A stretch of 64,000 nucleotides of DNA from Lama glama (Eukaryota): positions 15,316,001 through 15,380,000 of the forward strand of contig CM052816.1 in the NCBI GenBank assembly GCA_028534125.1, in the 5' to 3' direction. The notes under the pieces were generated by a model. That model was not told the DNA's origin. It saw nothing but the letters and a program-made list of their open reading frames with translations, and made no database searches. This document shows, piece after piece, positions 42,601 to 52,561 of this stretch; the first letter of the stretch is position 1, and each line of letters opens with the position of its first letter. The translations under genes and the position numbers were made by a program.

Positions 42601-45600
42601 CTAACTCAAGGCAATGATCCATACGTTGAGTTTAGGATCATGGACTATCACAAAACTAGGAAAAAATTAAATGAGGTGATGCAGTTTAGGTGTATATGCC
42701 TAGAACACACATTCAAATATAACGTTATTATGTAAAAGTAGTTCAGAAGGGCAAATATAATTTTAATAAATAATTTACATTGTTTTCACATTCCCTGAAA
42801 TGTTCACATTCCTGAAAAGACTGCTGTCTTTAAGGGCAGGGATCACATTTTTTCATTTTTGTAATCCCAAAGCCTATCACAAGCTTAACAAATAGTAGGC
42901 TCTAGATAAATGATTGTGGAATAAATAAATCTACTCTACAATACCAATCAGAATTCCTAAACAGACTGCCAAGAACTCTAAACTCTGACATAATTTTACT
43001 ATGCATGATGTCAGCTCATGAACAAGAGGGCCTACCCCAAACTAAATGCTGATTTTCTTCTGTAGAGAATGAATAAATGATTTTAACAGATTAATGAGAA
43101 GATAATACACAATAGTAAGTACTTTCGTATTATCATATTATTTGTTCTAGGGGTAGTAGGTGAAATCCATGCACCTGACAATGTATAACCTTAAAAAAAT
43201 GGTCTCTCCAAACTAAAAGAAAATAAACATTTCTTTTGTAACCAAAACAGATATGAAAATATAGTATAGATTCTCACACTCCAGAATCAAAATAACTAGT
43301 AAATTAACATAATTGGGACCATTTGACCAGTGATATTATCCATTTATTATCCTGGAAAAAGAAATCTTGCCTATATTCTTACAGACTGTATACATCAGAT
43401 GCACTCAGACTATGAATAGCATCTCCTCCGTCTTCAGTTTTGTCTTCTCTTAAACATATCCCCAGACTTTGTCAGGGAGGCAATGCATAAAAAACAAACA
43501 AATGCTACAATAACTTGCTCTTCTGGTAGTCTGGCAAATAGGTTTAAAACAAGAGTTCCCAACCATCCACCTTCAGCATATACAAGCTAGGCAGAAATTT
43601 CAGGAACTGGGCATTATTAATGGGAGTGGGGAGTCTATTGTGTGTGACTGAAAATTCTGTAGCATATAAATTACCCCAAATTAAACCTCTTCTGGAGACC
43701 AGATGAAGAGAACAAGGACATATCCAGCAACCCAGAATAGGATCCTGAAAGGATCCTGAAAAAAAAAAACAACAAAGTTGAAAGACTTACACTTCCCAAT
43801 CTCAAAACTTACTACAAAAAACTACACTCATCAAGACAGTTTTGGAACTGTCTAGATAAAGACATATAGAACAGTGGAATAAAACAGAAATAAGCACTCC
43901 AGAAATAAACCCTCACATTTACAGTCAATTGACTTTTTGACAAGGGTACCAAGACAATTTAATGGAGAAAGAACTAATTTTTAACAATTAGTGTTGGGAT
44001 AACTGGATGTCTACATTCAAAAGAATGAGGCTGGACCTCTACCCCACATCTTATATAAAAATTAACTCAAAATGTATCAACGACCTAAATGTAAGAGCTA
44101 AAACTATAAAACTCTTAGAAGAAAACAGTTGTAAATCTCTTCCCGATCTTAGATTATGCAATGGTCTTTTTAGACATGATAACAAAGGCACAAGCAACAA
44201 CAACAAAAAAAAGATAAATACAAAAACTGGGCTCTAACCACAAATTTAAAATTTAAAAATGCAATCACGAAAGTGAAAAGACAGTGCACAGAATGGAAGA
44301 AAATAATTGCAAATCGTGTATCTGATAAGGGACTAGTATCCAGAATACATATTTTTTCCTAAAAAGAAACAAAAAACAAACAAAAAACCCCCACATGATT
44401 CAACATAAAAAGACAAATAACTCAACCAAGAAATAGGGAAAAGATCTAAAAAGACATTTCTCCAAAGACATACAAATGGACAACAAGCACATGAAAAGAT
44501 GCTCAACTTCATTAGTCACTAGGGAAATCCAAATCAGAATCACAATGAGATACAAATCCATACCTACTCAGATGGCTATTTAAAAAAAAGTCAGCAAGGA
44601 TGTGAAGAAATTGGAACCCTCATACACTGCTGCTGGGAATGCAAAATTGTGCACCTGCTATGGAAAACAGCTTGATGGTTCCTCAGAAAGTTAAACATAG
44701 AGTTATGTGACATAGCAATTCTACTCCTAGGTATATACTCAAAGGAACAGAAAAGATATCGTCATACAAAACTTGTACACAAAAGTTCATAGTATTATTA
44801 TTTAGTACAAAAGGTAGAAATAACCCAAATGTCCAATGAACAAAATGTGGTATATCCACAAAATGGACTATTCCAAGAAGACTGATAAAAGATACAATAT
44901 GTAGAAATCTTGAAAACAGTATACTAATTGAAAAAACTGAGGCACAAAAGACCACATATTGTAAGACTCCATTTATATGAAATGCCCAGACTAGGCTAAT
45001 CCAGAGACAGAAAGTAGATTAGTGATTATCAGGGGCTACAGGGAGGGTGGAATGGGAAATGACTGCTCATGGTTTTGTTTGGGGTGATGAAAATGTTTTA
45101 AAATAGATAGTAGTGAAGGTTGCACAACTCTGGGAATATATTTAAAAAAACACTGAATTATACACTTTAAAGAGTAAATTCTATGATGTGTGAATTTTAT
45201 TTCAATTTTTAAAACTCTTGGAATTGGAATTTGAAAAATACTTTGGAATTCTGTTAAATTTTCTATTTTGATAAACGTACTGTGGTTATGTAAAAGAATG
45301 CCTTTGTTGTTAAAGAATGTACACTGAAGAATTTAATAGTAAAGAGGCATGATGTATGGAATTACTTTCAAATGATTCAGAAAATAAGTTATTTATTTGT
45401 TGAGGGGTGTGGAATGGGACAAAAGGAACACAATAGGTGAGTCTGGATAAAGGATATATAGGAGGAGTTCCTTGTACTATTCTTGCAACTTTCCAGTAAG
45501 TCCGAAATAATATCAAAATGAAAAGTAACAAAAAAGAGAAAAAGTATCCAAATAAAACTGGACTATGGCCTCTTTTGGGATTTGCTCTTTGATAACTATA

Positions 45601-48600
45601 GTTTGTTTCACATGTTTCTGAATTTAGCAACTGTACACATTTTTAAAAGGCAAAAATTAAAATGTAGAGATTCAGCAGAAGAATAGGTAAACACAGAAAA
45701 GAATAAATTAGAAGTTGGTAAGAGATGAAAGTACTTTCAAAGTGTACCACTCAAGGCATCAACTGGCACGGCCAAACGTCTACCTTCTGACCCAAATTTC
45801 ATAAAATGCCCATGTAAAAACTTTTAAATTCTACATCATTAAAGAAAATACTACAGGTTCATTCCATATTGAGGTAATCTTTCCAAAACTGAGCTTATCT
45901 CTAGTGATAAAAAGAAAAAAAAATTCTTTCCAGCATGTAATCAATATATGAAGCACCATGATCAATTATAAACTAGCCAATATGAGGACAAATTGGGAAA
46001 AAATAAGGATTGTATTACAGAAACATCTTCCCAGCACAGTATTCCATGTAAACTGGGTTCAGTAGCTTCAGGGAAGACATCAGTGAGTGCTCTGCCTCTC
46101 TCTGTCATAGAAGCTTTTAAATATTTTGTCAATCTTAAGCTTTTTAACTTGCTAATATCTATTGTGATGAAACAATTACATAAGATTTGTATTCAAACTT
46201 GTTCTCATAAAGCAATCTATAGATTCACTGCAACCCCTATCAAAATCCCAACAGCATTTTTTACAAAAATACAAAGATTGATCCCAAAATTCACCTAAAC
46301 TCTCAAGGAACCCTGACTAGTCAAAACAATCTTGAAAGAGAAAAACAATTGGAAAAATGACACTACCTAAAAGCTACAGTAATCAAGAGTGTGATAGTAT
46401 AGTAAGACATATAGACTAATAGAATTGAACAGAGAGCACAGAAATAAACCCTCTAACACATGATCAATTAATTTCAACAAGGATGCCAAAATCATTCAAT
46501 GGGGAAAATTACAGTCTTTTCAACAAATGATGCTGGAAAAACTAGATATCCACATGCTAAAAATAAAGTTAGACTCTGACCTTACACTATGTACAAAAAT
46601 TAACTGAAAATGGATCAAAGACCTAAATGTAAGAGCTAAACTACAAAATTCTTAGAAGAAAACACTGAAGAAAACCTTTATGACATTGGATTTAGCAACA
46701 ACTTTATGGATATGACACCAAAAGCACAGGCAGCAAAAGAACAGATAAACTGGACATCATCAAAATAAAACTTATAAGCATGAAAGGATGCCATCAACAG
46801 AGTGAAAAGGCAACCCATAGAATGTGAGAAAATATGTTGAAATTATACACATGGTAAGAGATTAATATCCAAAGAACGTCTACAATTAAACAATGAAAAA
46901 ACAACCCAATTAAAAATGGGCCAAAGAAGATACACAAATGGTCAATAAGCACATGAAAAGATGTTTAACATCACTAGTTATTAGGGGAATGCAAATCAAA
47001 ACCACATCCATTAGGATAGGTATTATCAAAAACAAAAACAAAACAGAAAATAGTAAGTACTGGCTAGAATGTGGAGAAATCAGAACCTTTGTGCTCTGCC
47101 ACTGGGAATGCAAAATGGTATAGCTGCTATATTAAACAGTATGGTGGTTCCTCAAAAAATTAAAAATAGAATTACAATATGATCCAGCAATCCCACTTCC
47201 GGATATATACGCAAAAGAACTGGAAGAAGGGACTCGAACAGGTATTTGTACAATCATGTTCACAGCAGCATAGTCACAACAGCCAAAAGGTCAAAGCAAT
47301 CGGAGTGTAAATCAACGGATGAATGAATAAACAAAATGTGGTATATACATACAATGGAATAGTATTCAACTAATTGTCACACAAGCTACAACATGGATGA
47401 ACCTTGAAGATGTTATGCTAAGTAAAACAAGCCAGTCACAAAAGTAGAAAAAATGTATAATTCCACTTATTTGAGATACTTAGAGTAGTCAAATTCATAG
47501 AAAAATAAAGTAGAATTATGGTTGCTGGGGCTGGGAAGGGAGGACGGGTATTGCTGTTTAAGGGGTAGAATTTCAGTTAAGGAAGATGAAAAAGTTTTGA
47601 GGATGGCTGGTGGTGATGGTTGCACAACAATGTGAATGTACTTAAAAACCACTTTAAAATGGTTAAAATGGTAAATTTTATATTATGCATATTTTAACAC
47701 AATTTTAAAAGGACAAAAAATGGTTAAAATGGTAAATTTTGTTATATGTGTTTTACCACAATTAAAAAACTACTCTCAACCTAACTGTCCTCATTACAAA
47801 CAAATGCATCAAACTTACCTTGGCAACTTAATAAACTGTTCTCCTGTTTAATTCTTTGGTTCTTGGGGCTAATCCCTAGGGGTATACTTGCCTTTCTCTT
47901 TTCAAAATTGCACACTAATGCAGGTGAATCAAACCACTAGGATATAGTGGGCTATCTACTTAAAAAAATTTTTTTTAAGTCTTTCTACTAATGAAAAGAG
48001 CGTCCATTAAGGGAAAAACTTTGTGAGAACTGAAGGATGTGTAGTGGAAGAAGAGCAGAATGTGCTCTTTGACAAACTACTGCTAAATTTCAGTCTAGTA
48101 AGTAAAAATAAGCTTTGCATATAACTTTACTTTCCTCCTGGTTTAGGTAGAGTTGGCCAAAAAAAGGTAAACCAGTCAATCATCACAAGGCAAATGATGT
48201 TCATTCATAGGAATCATACACTGTAAGTAGCTACCAACAGAAAAGCATACAGATTTTAATTTTTACAAATTAAAACCAATGTTTCCCATATTGGCAAAGA
48301 TGCAAAGTTGGATATATACCTTTCTTTATTGGTACTTTTTAATATTTCTTAATTCTTTTAAAATGAATAATGACAAGACCTGAACTTTACAAGTAAGTTC
48401 AATTACAAAATTATCTTAAAATAATGTTCCTCCTATAATCAATAGTACACCTTTGACTGCCTTCTTAACATATTAATTTACACAGCAGTCACCAGTTTCA
48501 TTAAAGAACATAGTTTTCCAACAAGGTGAACCACGGATTATATGCTAGATTAAGATAGGCATTTCCTAGACAACTAATCAAATTCATTGGTACACTGCAT

Positions 48601-51600
48601 TAGAAGAGAAACAACAGGACAACCTAGCAGTTAAAACTACAATGGGAGTCACATGACCTATTTTCTACTATAAATTAGCTGTGTGATCCTAGGCAAGTCA
48701 CTTAGGTCAATGATTCCTAGACTTTTGAGGATTTAGCCAGGGTCCTGTCAAGAAGTTTCCAATTTGATATTTTGTCAAATATGGATATTGTAAAAATTTC
48801 TTAACAGTAGGAAGGGCATTACCTCAAAATAGAAAAAAGTGAAAAAAAAAACAGCTTTTTGAGAAATTCACTACATTGTCCTTACTTTCCTCATTTCACT
48901 TTAGACCTATGAAAACTTCAATAGGGACTAAGCAAAAACTTTGCCTATATCTTAATCTGAAGGAGCAAAATAGTAGCATGGGTTCTGGATTTAGTACTAG
49001 ATATAAATTCTAGCTTTACCACGTACTAAGTGTGTAACATTTTAACCATTTTTTTGTTTTGTTTTTTGGATTCATCATTTCTCCGAACCTACATTTATTC
49101 ATCTATTAAAATGTAGATAATACCTACCTCAAAGGGATGTTGAAACGATTAAATAAAATAACCAAAGTATCTAGTACGGTACTGGCATATAATAAGCATT
49201 CAATAAATGGTAGCAGTTACCTAAAAATGAGATGAAATAGGATTATCACCAAGATTCTATGACTTTATAGATAGATAAGCAAAAGGAGAGGAAAATTGTA
49301 AATAATAACGGCCAAGAAGTCAGATACATTGAAACAGTTCATTTATAGTAGGTTAAAAAAAAGAAAGAAAAAGAAAGAAAAGAATTTATTTCATTTCTTA
49401 GACTTTGGTTCTATAGAAGGGTAAATTTGGGGAAAAATAAAAGGGGAGATTTCTCATTTCTTTCTTTTTACTTGCCAACCCAAAACTAACACTTTAAAAA
49501 GAAATTGCTGCTTTGCTTTCTTTAAAGTAACATATTTTATTTATCTTATCTCTCATTGATTCAGAAGGCCAGAATTGATTTTCAGAGGTCATCACTCTAC
49601 TACCAGATAGGCTCAGAAAGGAATGTGCTTAAACTCATCTCCAGTGGACCATTCTTAACATTTCATCACTTTGATTAGATAAAAAGTCTAAATCTTTCTC
49701 AAATTCACCATTTAAAAATCTCCCATGAATAGTAATGTTATCTTTTGTGTAACAATGGAGAAAATAAAACTACATATTATATTTCCACAGAGAAATTCTG
49801 AAAGGACAAAAGACATTAAAGGTGTAAAAGGGCAGGATACTTGGGAGCAGGGGTAAGATTAAGACTTTTTACTATATTTGCCTTTATATTATTATTAGTC
49901 TTATACAAATGTAATCACCTATGAAAATGTATTAAAAAACCAAAAGAAAACCTCTATATAAATCAAGTTTCACAAAAAGGTTTTCCTCTACCCATACCTA
50001 ATCAACCCTGTTTTGACCCAACATTCATATAACCACACTCATCAATGAATCACTTTATGTGAAGTCTTGAGGCTTTATAGAATGAAAATGTGCATGGTTG
50101 ACAGTCATGCAATATAACAAGTTGTTACAGTACTAACATGTAATTTTTCCTTCAATAAACATTTCCATGTCTTCAAAATTTGCTCCCTAGAATACAAAGG
50201 TATTTCCTATTTTATTACTACTGATAATAATCTATGGAATTATCAAGCCATTCTACCTTGAACAAAGTTCCCATAAAGGTTTTTAAGAAATTCATTTTCA
50301 TGGATGACAAATGAATTTTTCAAAAACAATACAGTATTTTAAGTTTCTCAAAATTATAAATTTACCATAAAAAATTTACAACATTAAACCTTTCAGTACC
50401 CTCTTTCAATTTCTCTCTTGTTCAGGTTATGAGCCCAAGCCCTGGGATGCTATTAAAAGCAGTGACTCACCTTGTTTACCTGAACTTTAAATACAGAGTA
50501 TTCATGACAAAATTGCCATCCCTGATAAGAGTGGGCCTGTAGACCAGCGGTTCTCTACCAGGGATGATTTTGCCTCCTGAGACATTTGGCTAGGTGTTGT
50601 CTATAGACATTTTTAGCTGTCACAACTCGGTGGGTTCTACTGGCATCTAGTGGGAAAAGGCAAGGGATATTGCTAAAGCATAGAAGAGCCCCTCGTAACA
50701 ATTATCTGGCCCCAGATGTCAATATGTTGCTTTGAGAAACCATGCTCTAGATTATAGATCATAAGTAACCCTGAAGGAAATGATCCATCTCCCATTAGAG
50801 AAAATCAGAATGGAACCTCTGGATAGTCTGTGCTTTTGACTCAAAACATATTTTTCAGGAAAAAAAAAAATCCCTACAAAGCTTTTGCTATAATTTGCTA
50901 TAAATTACTGTATACAATTTCTGTGTACTTTTATCTAATTGTAACTATGCCACCTGCCTCAAGATAAGAAAAAAGGCTCAGCAATGTTTCCTAATTGGGT
51001 ATCTGTCTTCTAAGTGTGTATATAAATATGTATACACATACACATAGGCTTATATAGGCCTAGAAATTTTACTGAAAGAAAAACTTTAATATTGGTTACC
51101 TCTGGGGAGTGCGATTTGAAGGGTCAGTAGTGGTGAGGAGGACTTTTACTTTTCATCTTCTATCTACTACCTATATTGTTGAACTTTTTACCATGAGACT
51201 GTATTACTTTTATAATTTTAAAAGGAAAATGTCACACACATAGACATGCAGTATGTGCATATATTTTTAAGACAGAATTAAAAGTCATAAACCTCATCAA
51301 AATCCTTTCTTTAGGAATTTTATTTTTCTTTTACTTTACAAAAAAAAAAAGACTACAAATCTAAAATTAACATTTAAAAATTGGTTTTTAAAGAATTTTC
51401 AACCTAACTTCTATTCTGAACAATGGGTACATTTCAACAGAATCCAGTTCAACTACTAACTCTTCCAGTCAAGGCCCTGGACAGCTAAGAAACATGCTCA
51501 GTATGCCTGAAGAAATACAAAACAGGCATTTATTTACCCTAGTGTTTAAAACACCAAGAACCAAAGTTCCCAAATGGTGGCATTTTCTAAGCTAAAACAA

Positions 51601-52518
51601 TTCTAATATAAAAAATTTACAAAAAGACTCAAGCTCTTTCTTCAGACTAAAAGGTTTGTTGACTTAGTCAGCAAGGGAAAGTAGCTTGTTTTCCCCTCAG
51701 TTGTTGGCTCTGAGAATGAATAGAAAAAAAGTCCTTAGAGTATCTACATCTCTGTATACTGAATGCATAGAACTTCAACTAATTCTGGAGCAAATACACT
51801 AGGCCTCCACATTTCTTACTTATCTCTCACCTAGTTCTGTCCCATTTGGGGAACAAGACAAACTTCACTCTCAAACTACAATCCAACTCATCTCTCCGAA
51901 TGTCTAAATTCTAAATGCTTAGTTCTAAAACATCTAGGCATGATGTAAATAAGGATTTTATTATTATTCATCAAATGCAAGTTGGGTGTTTTTTTAAGAA
52001 CATTATTTATGGCCTCTTCACACTGGAAATTCAAATGTAATAATATGGGAGATGATAGCTCATCTTGTCAGAGAGAAAAGCCAAAAATTTGCTTGGCAAA
52101 AAAAGTCATTTCACTCGCAAAGGCATAGACTATACCCTACCACACACAGTATACAACAGAGACTAGATAATCCAGGAATTTCTTCTCTATATGATACGGA
52201 TGAAACCAGACATAAAAACAAAATTTCCTTTCTCCAAAGGTTAAGAAAGAATCTATATATACACCGAGCATTATCTGAGATTAGGCTAAAGTCTGTGAGT
52301 ATTCTAGAAACCTGCATTCCAGAAATGAGGTCTACGTCTACACATAACACCTAAATCCTTTAGACAAAGAAAATTTAGGAGAATAAGAGGTTCTTATATC
52401 ATTAGTCTCGGTGAACGAATTGTGAATCATTTCTATGTTAAACATTAAAAAAACACAAAAGGTACAGATTCTGCTCATAGTTTTAACCACCTGGTATGGG
52501 GATTCCAAATGAAATACT

Positions 52519-52561
<43 letters not shown>

